Of a stretch of 64,000 bases of DNA, positions 33,928 through 45,000 are shown piece after piece. The notes below the pieces were generated by a model. The model was not told where the DNA came from and did no database searches. It worked only from the letters and a program-made list of their open reading frames with translations. Location: contig JAXLWI010000003.1 of NCBI GenBank assembly GCA_046328575.1, positions 52-64,051 of the forward strand, written 5' to 3'. Position 1 is the first letter of the stretch, and each line of letters starts with the position of its first letter. This DNA is from Anaerolineae bacterium (GTDB taxonomy: Bacteria > Chloroflexota > Anaerolineae > Fen-1058). The position numbers and the translations under genes were made by a program.

Positions 33928-36189
33928 ATGGTGCGGCGCACATTCGCGTTCCAATACACGCTCATTGCATTCCTGGTGGCGCTGTTGTTCGTCGTGGTCC
34001 ATGCCGCCTTGGACGTGTGGGAAACCGGCTCGCCGTTGACGCTGGACGCGTTGCGCCGTTCGGTGGGATGGGGCGATTTGTTGGTGATGACGACGCCGCT
34101 CTCGTTTGGGCTGTTTGCTTTCCTCGCCGGCCGTCAGCGCGATCAAGTCGACGCGCAAACGCGCTATTTAACCGCCCTCAATCAAGTAACTCGTACGCTA
34201 GCGCACTCGTTGGATCTGGATCAGACTTTGCCAGAAGCGTTGTCGCGCACGGTGCGCGCGCTGCGGGTCGATCATGCCACGCTCTATCTGTTTAACCGCG
34301 ATCAGCTAAATCTGCGAGCAACAACGCCCGATCTGCCAGATGTGCTGACAGATTTTGTTCAGCGCTTGCAGCTGGAACAATGGCTGCCGATGCTGCTGCC
34401 CCGGACCGAAGGCGAACAGTTAGTTACGGTCAATTTTGCGGATATGCCGAATGTGTCGGCGAGCCTGCTGCGCAGCGACTATCGGCAGCTGGTCAGCATG
34501 CTCGTTCAATCAGAAGACGAGAGTCTGGGGCTGATGCTGATTTTCGCCCGCCGCACAGTGAGCTGGTCGGCCGAGCAGAAGAGCTTCCTAGCGGTCGTGG
34601 CTAATCAAATCGGCGGGGCGGTTGCCCGGATGCGGCCCTATGCGGAACTTCGTCGGCGCGCGCGTGACTTGGATGCCGTGGCACAGGTTAACCGCACCCT
34701 GCTGGCAGGCATGGGGCTGGACGATCTGTTGACCATGATCGTTAGTGCCGCTCAAGTCCGGTTTGGTCTGCCGTATGTGGCTGTGATGTGGGTGGACGAA
34801 GCGGACCAGGAATTTTTCATCCGCGCACAGGCTGGCCCGTTGGCGGTTAAGGCGTCGTCAACTCATCGCCAAAAACTGACCGAAGGTTTGTCAGCGCAGG
34901 TGTATCAGACGGGGCAGCCCTATCTGGCCCGCGATGTGCGCACGGAGCCAGACTACATTCCCGCATCAGAGGCGCCGGTGCTGTCGTCACTGTTGACGCC
35001 GATGAAAGCCTCCGGCAAAGTGATCGGTATCATGGCTTTTGACAGCCTGGCGCTGGACGGCTTCAGCGAAGCCGATGTTGCAGCGTTAACCACGTTGACC
35101 GATCAGATGACGATCGCGGCGGAGAATGCACGTTTGTATGCCGAAGCGCAAGTCGAGCGCCGCCGCATCGCCGCGATCTTGCATAGCACGCGCGATGTGG
35201 TGATGTTGATTGGGCCGGAAGGCTGCGTGCAGCTGATGAATCCGGCCGCGGAACGCGTGCTGGGTGTCGCGGAGGCCGATGGGATCGGTGTGCCGATCGA
35301 GCAGGTGTTGATCGAGCCGTCGTTCCGTGAGGCGTATCAGTGGGCTAGCTCGCACTCACCTGACGAGGACAGCCCGCCGCGTGAAGTGATGTTGAGCAAT
35401 AACACCGTCTATCTGTTTACGGTGACGAATGCGCGAGACGAGACTGGTGCTTTCTTCGGGCGCGTGATCGTCATGCAGGATATTACGTATCTAAAGCAGT
35501 TGGATCAGTTCCGTACTCAAATGATTCAGATGGCTACCCACGACTTGCGCAATCCGCTGGGCGTGGCGATGGGCTACCTGGATCTGTTGCATGCCGACTT
35601 GCAACCGTTAGCGCCCATGCAAGCGCAAGTGTTGAATGGTATCGAAGGCGCGCTGATACGCATGCAGAACCTGATCAAAGATTTGCTGGATATGGAGCGC
35701 ATCGAAGCCGGGGTTGACCGACGGCGCGAGCCAGTCTCGGTCAATGCGGTGACGTTGGCCGTCGTTCAGGAGTTGCGTGATCAGGCTGAAGCCAAACGCC
35801 AGTCTTTGGAAACCGCGTTGAGGCCGGTGCCCAACGTGTTGGGCGATCCGGTGCGGTTGAAGCAGGCGCTGATGAATTTGGTCGGCAACGCGATTAAGTA
35901 CACACCCGATGGTGGTCACATTTGCGTGCGGTTATCCGCCACCGATCGACGGGTGGTGTTTGAAGTACAAGATAATGGTTACGGCATTTCCAAAGCCGCA
36001 CAAGCCAAATTATTCCAGCGGTTCTATCGCGTCAAGGCGCGCGGTACCGAACACATCGACGGCACTGGCCTGGGCCTGAGTCTGGTGAAAGCCGTCATCG
36101 AACAGCATGGCGGGCGCATTTCGGTTGAGAGCGATGAGGGACAGGGCAGCACTTTCCGCGTGGAGTTGCCCGCAGCGAATGACAGTTAG
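33928..36189 (+). CDS. Membrane sensor histidine kinase (2 TM, GAF x2, PAS, HisKA, HATPase_c)
   Basis: H-box MIQMATHDLRNPLGV. N/G boxes LMNLVGNAIKYT, DNGYGI, GTGLGLSLV. Upstream GAF and PAS regions. Confidence 0.8.
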   Translation: MVRRTFAFQYTLIAFLVALLFVVVHAALDVWETGSPLTLDALRRSVGWGDLLVMTTPLSFGLFAFLAGRQRDQVDAQTRYLTALNQVTRTLAHSLDLDQTLPEALSRTVRALRVDHATLYLFNRDQLNLRATTPDLPDVLTDFVQRLQLEQWLPMLLPRTEGEQLVTVNFADMPNVSASLLRSDYRQLVSMLVQSEDESLGLMLIFARRTVSWSAEQKSFLAVVANQIGGAVARMRPYAELRRRARDLDAVAQVNRTLLAGMGLDDLLTMIVSAAQVRFGLPYVAVMWVDEADQEFFIRAQAGPLAVKASSTHRQKLTEGLSAQVYQTGQPYLARDVRTEPDYIPASEAPVLSSLLTPMKASGKVIGIMAFDSLALDGFSEADVAALTTLTDQMTIAAENARLYAEAQVERRRIAAILHSTRDVVMLIGPEGCVQLMNPAAERVLGVAEADGIGVPIEQVLIEPSFREAYQWASSHSPDEDSPPREVMLSNNTVYLFTVTNARDETGAFFGRVIVMQDITYLKQLDQFRTQMIQMATHDLRNPLGVAMGYLDLLHADLQPLAPMQAQVLNGIEGALIRMQNLIKDLLDMERIEAGVDRRREPVSVNAVTLAVVQELRDQAEAKRQSLETALRPVPNVLGDPVRLKQALMNLVGNAIKYTPDGGHICVRLSATDRRVVFEVQDNGYGISKAAQAKLFQRFYRVKARGTEHIDGTGLGLSLVKAVIEQHGGRISVESDEGQGSTFRVELPAANDS

Positions 36190-36206
36190 GTGTAAGCAAG
36201 GGGAAG

Positions 36207-37586
36207 ATGGCTACTAAAGCGAAGACTAAAACTCAATTCGTTTGTCAGCAGTGCGGCTCAGTCCAGTTGAAGTGGATGGGCCGCTGTCCTGATTGCGGCG
36301 AATGGAATTCATTCGTCGAGGTAGTGGAAGAACGCGCGAGCCACAAAGATCGATCGGGCAGTGGGTTGCCGCGCGCGGCGCCGATCAAACTGAGCGATAT
36401 CCAAACCGATCGGGCCGATCGCATCCCGATGGCGATGCAAGAGTTCAGCCGCGTGTTGGGCGGCGGCATCGTGCCTGGTTGTCTGGTGTTGGTCAGTGGT
36501 GATCCCGGCATCGGTAAATCGACGCTGTTGATGCAGGTGGCTGTGCAGATCGCGGAGGCGCATGGACCGGTGCTGTATGTGTCCGGCGAAGAGAGCGCGC
36601 AGCAGATCAAGATGCGGGCCGAGCGCTTGGGTGGCGGCGATAGTTCGCTGTATTTGCTCACAGAAACCGATCTCGACGAGATCGTGCTGCACATTGCGCA
36701 GCTCAAGCCGCGCCTTGCCATCATCGACTCGATCCAGACGATGCAGGTCAATGAACTTACGTCGGCGCCAGGCTCGATCTCGCAAGTGCGCGAGTGTGCG
36801 TCGCGTTTGCAGGCCATCGCCAAATCGAGCGGCACGAGCGTGTTCATCGTCGGGCATGTAACCAAATCGGGGTCGATTGCCGGGCCGAAGGTGCTGGAGC
36901 ATATCGTCGATACGGTGTTGTACTTAGAGGGCGATCGTTTTCATACCTATCGGTTGTTGCGCTCGATCAAGAATCGCTTCGGCGCGACCGATGAAGTGGG
37001 CGTGTTTGAAATGCGCGGCACGGGCATGGCCGAAGTGGCCAATCCGAGTGAGGCGTTTTTGGCCGAACGGTTGCCCAATGCGCCCGGCTCGGCGATTGCG
37101 GTGACGCTGGAAGGTACGCGTCCATTGCTGGTGGAAGTTCAGGCGTTGTGCAGTACCAGCGCGTTTGGCTTACCGCGCCGCACGGCCAACGGCCTCGATA
37201 TGAATCGCTTGTTGTTGATTGCGGCGGTATTAAGCAAACGCATCGGGTTGAAGCTGGGCGATCAAGATGTGTTCGCCAATGTGATCGGCGGCTTGCACGT
37301 CGGCGAACCGGCCGCCGATCTCGCCGTAGCGTGCGCCATCACGTCGTCGATGCGCGATGTGCCGGTAGCGACGGATATGGCCATCATCGGCGAAGTGGGG
37401 TTGAGCGGCGAACTGCGCACCGTGGGTCAACTCGCGGCCCGCTTGAACGAAGCGGCGAAACTGGGCTTTGCGCGGGTATTGATGCCCAAGACCCATCGTA
37501 TGGCTGATCTGCCAAAGGATAAAATCGAAATCGTCACGGCGCGGAGTGTCGGTGAAGCGTTAGCAATTGCATTGATGAAAAAGTGA
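36207..37586 (+). CDS. radA: DNA repair protein RadA/Sms
   Basis: N-terminal C4 zinc finger (CQQCGSVQLKWMGRCPDCGEW). RecA-like Walker A GDPGIGKST. KNRFG motif. C-terminal Lon-like domain. Confidence 0.9.
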   Translation: MATKAKTKTQFVCQQCGSVQLKWMGRCPDCGEWNSFVEVVEERASHKDRSGSGLPRAAPIKLSDIQTDRADRIPMAMQEFSRVLGGGIVPGCLVLVSGDPGIGKSTLLMQVAVQIAEAHGPVLYVSGEESAQQIKMRAERLGGGDSSLYLLTETDLDEIVLHIAQLKPRLAIIDSIQTMQVNELTSAPGSISQVRECASRLQAIAKSSGTSVFIVGHVTKSGSIAGPKVLEHIVDTVLYLEGDRFHTYRLLRSIKNRFGATDEVGVFEMRGTGMAEVANPSEAFLAERLPNAPGSAIAVTLEGTRPLLVEVQALCSTSAFGLPRRTANGLDMNRLLLIAAVLSKRIGLKLGDQDVFANVIGGLHVGEPAADLAVACAITSSMRDVPVATDMAIIGEVGLSGELRTVGQLAARLNEAAKLGFARVLMPKTHRMADLPKDKIEIVTARSVGEALAIALMKK

Positions 37587-37620
37587 GAGCTAGTGCGGTA
37601 GTGTGTTTGTGCTTTATAAA

Positions 37621-37660
37621 TAGGACTGGTCAGCTTGGGCGCCAAGCTGACCAGTCTTTT
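37621..37660. terminator. Bidirectional intrinsic terminator: 15-bp perfect stem (gactggtcagcttgg / ccaagctgaccagtc), loop gcg, followed by TTTTCT
   Basis: Perfect inverted repeat between convergent radA (+) and the 621-aa gene (-), T-run on the + side and TATTTA on the - side. Confidence 0.7.
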
Positions 37661-37688
37661 CTATCGCAGCAACGACGCAGCTATTGCA

Positions 37689-39554
37689 CTACTTTCCCAC
37701 TCCAATGTGCACCTCGGATTTCACCAACTTGTCCGTCGGCACACCACTGCCGGTCGAAACCCACTGGAAGTGGCCCAGATAGTTGAGCACAGCACTGGTC
37801 GTCGTGTCACCCTGTTTGGCCTCCGACTTGATCATCGTCCATAGCGGCTGCAAGTTGAGATAGCCGGTTTGGACGCGATTGCCCGGCAGTAAGCCGACCG
37901 CTGTCTTGAACGTCGCATCATTTGTGATCGGTGACGGTTTGGCGTTTTGGACGCGCAACAAGGTGTCCGAAGTTGAGCCGATGACCAGTCGACCGTCAAC
38001 CACGCCGTAAATGAAGGCAGGTGTGGAGCTGTTGTCGAGCAGCACTGCACTGTAAGGCAAACCACTCAGGGGCTGCCACTTCACATCGCCCTTGCTCTGT
38101 TCCGCAACGGCCTGCACCAGCTTATCAAGCGTGGCCGAGGCGCGGGCTGCATCGCTGCTATCGAACAGCAGTGCGAATTCAAATGGCATGTCTTTTAGGG
38201 CACTGTCAGGACTATCGCTGACTGTTTGGACCTTGGGGCTGACGATAAAGGCAAACTCACCGTTGAGCAAGTCAATCAGATCGGTCTTGAGGTTGACGCC
38301 TGCCAGCTTCTCCAACTGCGCGATCTTGTCGCGGAACGTTTCGCTTCCCATGCCGGGGAGGTTGGCAAACGGATCGGGTTGGTTGGGATCGAAGAACGGG
38401 TTGAGGTAGCCCGCCGGATTGTTGCCACTCAGCACGGCCATAGCCACCTGCGGAATCGATTCGAAGACCTTGTTGGCTGCGGCTTTATAACTCGCCTCAT
38501 ACATTTGGCGCTGCGCTTCCGGCAGTTTTGCCAAATCGATCTGCGCTGCTGTATCAAAGCGCAAGCCGGTCGGCTCGTAGGTCATTGCCACACCGATGCC
38601 GCCCATGGCATTCAGCGTGTCTTGGGCTTTTTGCAACTGTTCCAACTGCTTTGAGACATTCGGTGTAGCAGCGTCACCCAGATTGCCAAACTGCTGAGAA
38701 ATACCCAAGGTCATCGTCATCACGGCTTGCATGTACTGGTTGAAGTCCATGTACATGGCGAAGGCCGTTTGGCCGGGTAGCGAGTTCATCGTCGTCTGAT
38801 ACTTGGCATTGAGGGACAAGTTATTGCCGTCCAGCGACGCGTCGATGGCTTTCTTCAAGTTGTCGGCGTTTGTGGTCACGACGATCACGTCGTTGACGGT
38901 GGCGTAAGCGACCACATCGCTGGTCGTGGATTTTTCCGCGCCAAACCAGTGACTCTCGGACGTGAGCGAGACGATCGCGACGCCGCGATAAGTGTCGTCG
39001 TGAAGCGTGGTTGTCACGTAGTCACTGGGCGTGAGCTTGCTTTCGATCTCTTTGCGGACGTTGACCAAGAATGCATCGGACTTAGCTCGATCGCGCGTCT
39101 GCACGACCGCGTAATACGTTGGCCCGTGCACCTCGCTTGTGGTTATCAGTCGCGTGTAGTTGCCCAGATCAAGCAGGCCAAAGGTGATCCGCTCGCCCAA
39201 CCACGGCTGGATGTCGTCTTCCCAATTAAAACCGGCTTGAATGATCGCCAGTTTTAGCGCGCTTTCGATCTGCTTGGCTTCGGGTGAGCCTTTCCACGCG
39301 TCGGCCACGACGTTGTAATTGGGCAGCTGATCCGATCGGGTGTTGAGCGACATTAGCAGCATTGTGTCGGGCGGCAGCACTTTGACTGTCGGATCGACGA
39401 CGGGCGCCGCGGTGCGACTGACGACGACGGCCACAATCGCGCCGACGAGCGCCAGCACGCCGATACCGAAGACTAGCTTGGCCAGCACACTGACCGGACG
39501 CGACTTCGGTAAGTTAACGTCAAATTCTACAGATTGGGTTACGGGCTCTTCCAT
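37689..39554 (-). CDS. Hypothetical membrane-anchored extracytoplasmic protein (possibly DUF3352-like)
   Basis: 621 aa, single N-terminal TM (VLAKLVFGIGVLALVGAIVAVVV), large hydrophilic domain, no catalytic motif recognised. Confidence 0.4.
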   Translation of the reverse strand: MEEPVTQSVEFDVNLPKSRPVSVLAKLVFGIGVLALVGAIVAVVVSRTAAPVVDPTVKVLPPDTMLLMSLNTRSDQLPNYNVVADAWKGSPEAKQIESALKLAIIQAGFNWEDDIQPWLGERITFGLLDLGNYTRLITTSEVHGPTYYAVVQTRDRAKSDAFLVNVRKEIESKLTPSDYVTTTLHDDTYRGVAIVSLTSESHWFGAEKSTTSDVVAYATVNDVIVVTTNADNLKKAIDASLDGNNLSLNAKYQTTMNSLPGQTAFAMYMDFNQYMQAVMTMTLGISQQFGNLGDAATPNVSKQLEQLQKAQDTLNAMGGIGVAMTYEPTGLRFDTAAQIDLAKLPEAQRQMYEASYKAAANKVFESIPQVAMAVLSGNNPAGYLNPFFDPNQPDPFANLPGMGSETFRDKIAQLEKLAGVNLKTDLIDLLNGEFAFIVSPKVQTVSDSPDSALKDMPFEFALLFDSSDAARASATLDKLVQAVAEQSKGDVKWQPLSGLPYSAVLLDNSSTPAFIYGVVDGRLVIGSTSDTLLRVQNAKPSPITNDATFKTAVGLLPGNRVQTGYLNLQPLWTMIKSEAKQGDTTTSAVLNYLGHFQWVSTGSGVPTDKLVKSEVHIGVGK

Positions 39555-39676
39555 GTTGATTGCTCCTTACGTGGGAAAATACAACTCGGCTACATTGACG
39601 CTTCCATTATGCGCCGCGTTGAAGTGAAGTCAAGCACCTGAGTGTGCCGGTAGGCTGACAATTGTCGGACGAAGGG

Positions 39677-41212
39677 CTAATCGGCGATGGGTTGTTCCGC
39701 GGCCGACATCAATAACGCCGGCAGTAGCGCAATGACGCACGCTGTCACAGCAAATAACAAAAACGATTCGCCTACCGCCTGCGCCGTGGCGCGTCGAAAG
39801 ACCTCAAAGGTGTTGCCGGAAAACTGACTGGTTCCGGCGGCGAATTCGGCGGCCAGCGTTTGCACGCGCTGCGTGCCCCACGACAGCGCGATTGATCCAC
39901 CGAGGCTCATACCGACCAACCGCAGAATGATCACTAAGGCCGAAGCCACGCCGCGTTCTTGCAGCGGCGCGCTGTTGACGACGGCGGTCGCGATCGGAGA
40001 CAGGATCAAACCAAAGCCCGCACCCGCCACAATCAAGCCGGGCGTCATTTCGAGATAGGTCGTAGTCGCTTGCCATTGACTGGCGATGACAAAACCGATC
40101 GCGGCGATGATCAATCCCAGTAACGTCGGCGCGCGGTAGCCAAACCGATCGACGATCCGACCGATCACGAGCGACATCAAGGCCATCGTCACGGTTAACG
40201 CCGACAGCACCCAGCCTGTAAACCACGCGCCATCGCTGAGGATCTGTGCCACAGTGGCGTTGGGCTGACTCGACGCCACCACGGCGTTGATGAACAACGG
40301 CACCACGCCCAGCGCGACGATCAACGCAAAGCCTACCCCAAGATTAACCAACGCTGCGCCCGTAAACATCCGTTGTTTGAACAGACGCAGATCGAGCAGC
40401 GGTTGTTCCGCGCGGAGTTCCCAGACGATGAAGGCGACGAACAGCCCGATCGACGCGATGAGTAACGGCGTTTGATAAGAAGGCGTAGTCTGCTCGACAA
40501 ACTGCGACACTTGCCCCGACTCTGCGCCACCACCCAGGCCGATATTGAAGGCGGCCAACGCCGCGCCGATCAGCACCGCGCCGATCCCGTCCAGTTTCCC
40601 GACGACTTGCGGTTGTGGTAAATGGCGCAGTGCGCGCCAGCACAACGCAAAGGTGATCAGGCCGATCGGGATGTTGAGCCAGAAGATGATGCGCCAATCG
40701 GTGAACAGGCGGATCATGATACCGCCGTAGAGATGTCCGACGACCCAGCCCGCGGTATCGACCGCGGCGACAAAACCGAGAGGCGTCGCGCGCCGATCGG
40801 GCGGAAACAGATCGGCGACCAGCGCCATCGAAACTGGCACCATCGCGCCTGCGCCCAACGCCTGAATCACGCGGCTGACCACCAGCCATTCGAGCGTGAA
40901 CGACGGCGTGAAGCCCGTCGTGCGCGTCAACGCCACCAACAACGATCCACCGATGAAGATGCCGAGACACACCAGATACGCGGTGCGCCGCCCGTAGAGA
41001 TCGCTGAGGCGACCTGCGAACGTCATGCTCACTGCATACGCGGCGAGGTACATCGTGACGACCCAGCCCGCCAGCGCGAACTGCTGCGTGTTCAACTCAA
41101 AATCGACGACAACTTGCGGCAGAAACGCCGAGGCCACCGTCAAGTCCATCGCGCCGATAAAGATGGCGATCGACACGAGTGCGATGGTCCGTTTGGGGTT
41201 AGGTGAAGTCAT
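39677..41212 (-). CDS. MFS transporter, 14-TM drug:H+ antiporter (DHA2/EmrB-QacA-like)
   Basis: 511 aa, 14 predicted hydrophobic segments, MFS motif A region (GRLSDLYGRR). Confidence 0.8.
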   Translation of the reverse strand: MTSPNPKRTIALVSIAIFIGAMDLTVASAFLPQVVVDFELNTQQFALAGWVVTMYLAAYAVSMTFAGRLSDLYGRRTAYLVCLGIFIGGSLLVALTRTTGFTPSFTLEWLVVSRVIQALGAGAMVPVSMALVADLFPPDRRATPLGFVAAVDTAGWVVGHLYGGIMIRLFTDWRIIFWLNIPIGLITFALCWRALRHLPQPQVVGKLDGIGAVLIGAALAAFNIGLGGGAESGQVSQFVEQTTPSYQTPLLIASIGLFVAFIVWELRAEQPLLDLRLFKQRMFTGAALVNLGVGFALIVALGVVPLFINAVVASSQPNATVAQILSDGAWFTGWVLSALTVTMALMSLVIGRIVDRFGYRAPTLLGLIIAAIGFVIASQWQATTTYLEMTPGLIVAGAGFGLILSPIATAVVNSAPLQERGVASALVIILRLVGMSLGGSIALSWGTQRVQTLAAEFAAGTSQFSGNTFEVFRRATAQAVGESFLLFAVTACVIALLPALLMSAAEQPIAD

Positions 41213-41286
41213 GAGAAGGTTAGTTGGTCCAACAGCGCATAGTCTGATAGTCTGCTGATTGACTGTGTGACTACAAGACGATAAGT

Positions 41287-42030
41287 CTATTTGACTTGTG
41301 GCGCAGCGATATTGACCGTCTTGCCGTACGAGCCGAACGTTAACGTCCAGGTCGTGGGCTTTTGCGGATCGGCAGTGGGATCAACAACGACGGCTTTGCG
41401 CGGCAGGAAGGTGCTGCCTTCGACCCAGACTTCTGCGTCCACCCGGCCTGTGCCGATGAGTCCGCCGCTCATGCCTTGCACGCGCGCGCCATCGAGTTGA
41501 CCTTTGACGTGATAAACGTTTACGTTGTCGAGCGATTCCACGCCGACCAATTGAGCATTGTCGATGCCGCCGCTCAATACTTGCTCCAGCCCTACTTTCG
41601 GATCGAACATCACAGCGGGATTGAAGCCAAATTCAGGCGGCAGCACTTCCCACTGATGTGTGAGGATATTGGTGAGGTACTGCTCATTGCCGATGGCGAT
41701 CATGTCCAACTCGGCGGCGGCGACGGCGGCGATGACTTTGAGGTGCACGCCCATCCGATCGGGACGGCTGAAGTCCCCTTCGGCGCTGCGGAGTTGAAGT
41801 GACGTCGCACGATTGAGATACACCGCCGAGCCTGCGATCTCGATCTTGAAGTGAAACGCAGGCACTTGCAGCATGGCCTGACCGGCGCGCGTGACAATGT
41901 CGTTGGGCGGCAAGTCCGGCAGGGACGGACCGCAGGCCGAAAGCACCAGCAGCAGACCGATTAGTATTTGTCGTATTTTCAAGTGACACCACCTGGCAAG
42001 TATTGTAAGCGAGCGATGAAGCAGTGTCAA
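41287..42030 (-). CDS. LppX/LprAFG-like lipoprotein
   Basis: Lipobox LLVLSACG followed by a ~220-aa domain resembling LppX_LprAFG lipid-binding lipoproteins. Confidence 0.5.
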   Translation of the reverse strand: MTLLHRSLTILARWCHLKIRQILIGLLLVLSACGPSLPDLPPNDIVTRAGQAMLQVPAFHFKIEIAGSAVYLNRATSLQLRSAEGDFSRPDRMGVHLKVIAAVAAAELDMIAIGNEQYLTNILTHQWEVLPPEFGFNPAVMFDPKVGLEQVLSGGIDNAQLVGVESLDNVNVYHVKGQLDGARVQGMSGGLIGTGRVDAEVWVEGSTFLPRKAVVVDPTADPQKPTTWTLTFGSYGKTVNIAAPQVK

Positions 42031-42070
42031 ACGTCGGTAGGGGCACGCATCGAGCTGTTATAATCGCGAT

Positions 42071-45000
42071 ATGCGTATTTATCGAATAGGTCTGGTCCTG
42101 GTCATTGCTCTGGTCGCGATTGGTTGGCTGTTGCCTGCGACATCTGCCCGAAGTGAAGTCGGAACTGAAAACGCCACGACTTTGCCGCTGCCGCCGGAAT
42201 TGCTCCGCAAACTGCATCCTTCTTTGACGAAGCAACTACTATCGTCCTCAGTAAGTGACGCGGCCGATCTGCGTGTGCAGATTGTGATGCGCGATCAGGC
42301 GGATGTGCGCTCGTTGGCGGCGCTCAATCGCGTCGCGTTGGTTGCCGATTTACGGACGCGAGCCGAGCGATCACAGGCGGGCGTGCTGTCCGTGCTCGCT
42401 CAGGCGCAGCTGGCCAATCGGGCTGGCGATGTGCGCGCGTTGTGGATCAACAACTCGATCGCCGCGCGGCTCGATCGAGCAACCCTGTTGACCATCGCCG
42501 CCCGCGATGACGTCGCGTTGATCAAACTCGACGAGTATCGCCAATGGGTGAATCCCACCGAGTTTGCCGATCAACCGCTTGATATTCAATCGCCAACTTC
42601 AGTGGAATGGGGTGTCGCACGCATTCAGGCCGATAAGGTCTGGGCGGCGTTGAATATCACCGGCACGGGTGTCGTCGTCGCCAACATGGACACCGGCGTG
42701 GATTGGCAACATCCGGCTTTGCAAGCCGCGTATCGCGGCAATCTGGGCAAGGGCTTGGTGTCGCATGTCGGCAACTGGTTTGATGCGACGGACTTTCCCA
42801 CGCAATATCCTTACGATGCCTTTGGCCACGGTACGCATACGATGGGCACGCTGGTCGGCAGCGGCGGCATCGGCGTGGCGCCGGGTGCCAAGTGGATCGC
42901 GGTGCGCGTGCTGAACAATCAAGGCTACGGCTTGTACAGTTGGATTCACACGGGTTTCCAATGGATTCTGGCACCTGGCGGCGATCCGTCGCGCGCGCCG
43001 GATGTGTTCAATAACTCGTGGGGATCGTCGATTGGCGGGGACGCCGAATTCCGATCGGATGTGCAGCTGCTCAACGCCGCCGGGATTTTTGCGGTGTTTA
43101 GTAATGGTAATGATGGCCCGTCAGTGGGGACTGTCGGATCGCCCGCTTCGTATCCAGAAGCATTCAGCGTTGGCGCGACCGATCAAGCTGAGTTCATCAC
43201 GAGTTTTTCCAGTCGTGGGCCATCGCCATTTGGTGTCATCAAACCCGATCTTTCTGCGCCGGGTCTCAAAGTCCGATCGAGTTTTGCGGGTGGCGGTTAC
43301 GTCATTGCCAGTGGCACATCAATGGCTGCGCCGCATGTGGCGGGTGTGGCCGCGCTGATGCATTCGGCGGTGCCGGGTCTGTCGATTCAAGCGACACGTT
43401 ACGCGTTGACCAGCACGGCGATGCGTCTTACCAGCCTGACTTATCCCAACAACGATTACGGCTGGGGGCGCGTCGATGCGCTGCGAGCCGTGTTGAGTGT
43501 GGCCCATCCTGGTTCGATCAGTGGGACGATCACACGCGCCGATAACGGCCTACCGATCAGCGACGTCACCGTTCACGCCGAGTCCGGCACTGGACTGCTA
43601 GCCGAAACAACCACTGATACGGCGGGACACTATCGCGTCTACAGCGCGGCTGGCTATTACACGCTGACGCTCGCGGCGTTTGGATACGAATCGCAAGTGC
43701 GCCCCAATGTTTTCGTTCTTACCGACACGGTTACGCCGCGCGATTATGCCTTGACGCCGTTGCCGACCGGTACATTATTTGGCCGCGTGACCGATATCAC
43801 CGGCACGCGGTTACTCAGCGGCACACTCATCGTGCGGCAGTCGCCGGTAAAGGTCGATATTTCGGGCACATATACCCTCGTCTTGCCAATTGGCACGCAC
43901 GTGATTGAGATGCGTTCACCGGGACATCGCGTGATGAAGACGACGATCACGATCGAGGCGGGCAAGTTACTACAGCTGGATTTTGCACTGCCCGACGCGC
44001 CCAGCATTTTAGTGATCGATAGCGGCGCATGGTATGCCGAAAGCCAAATTGGTTACTATCAACAGGCGCTGGATGATCTCGGTTATCTCCACACCGATTG
44101 GACTATCCGCGACCCGTCGATTGATCTCCCGACGACGCCCACGCTGCGCGCCTATGACACCGTGATTTGGTCGTCGCCGTTCGATTCGCCGGGAGTGGTG
44201 GGCGCGTCCGAAGTGCTGAGTGATTACCTGTCGAATGGCGGCCACTTGTTAATCAGCGGCCAGGACGTGGCGTACTTCGATGCGTACTGGGGCAGCGGGA
44301 CTTATTTGACCGATCAGATTTTGGCGCGATTTGTCGCCGACGACGGACCAACGCGGGTGTTGACCGGTCAGCATGGCTATGCAGGGCGCGTCGTTAACTT
44401 GACGGGCGGTGACGGTGCCGACAATCAGCTGTATCCCGATGTCATTACATCCACCGATCCGTTTTTGGCCGATACGGCTTTTGAATATGCCGCCGGTCAA
44501 TCGGGCGGTCAGACCAGCGGTTTATGTCGGCGCTATCGAACAGCGTATCTGGCCTATGGGTTTGAATCGATCAGTGATGCCGCTTCCCGCCGCGCGGTGA
44601 TGTCGGACAGCTTGCGGTGGTTGGCGCATCCGCCGATTACGCAATACTATGCGCTCGATCCGCAAACTGAGCCGTTGATCGGCGTCGTCGGGATGCGCGT
44701 GACTCGCACCCTGCAACTCCACAATCTCGACGAAGTTGCGCCGTCAACGACGTTCGCGCTCAGCATTGATCCGGCCTGGTCGGCGACGATCACGCCGACA
44801 CAAGTTACGCTAGCTAGCTGTCAAAGTAAGGTAATAACCGTTACGGTCGATGTGCCAATCGGAACGGCTTTTGGTACGTTGCAGACGCTGAACATCGAAG
44901 CGACTCCGCTGTCGGTGCCGTCCGCCGCAGTGTCTACCACGCTCGTTGCTAAGGCCCCGGGCAGCGTGCTGCTTGTCGACGATGATCGCTGGTATGCCGT

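Noticed and set aside
40344-40970. 208-aa Arg/Gly-rich minus-strand ORF and other ORFs overlapping the MFS transporter and radA genes (e.g. 36245-36865, 36309-36902)
   Set aside because: Alternative frames of high-GC genes with low-complexity Arg/Ala/Gly composition. The overlapped genes have full-length family matches.
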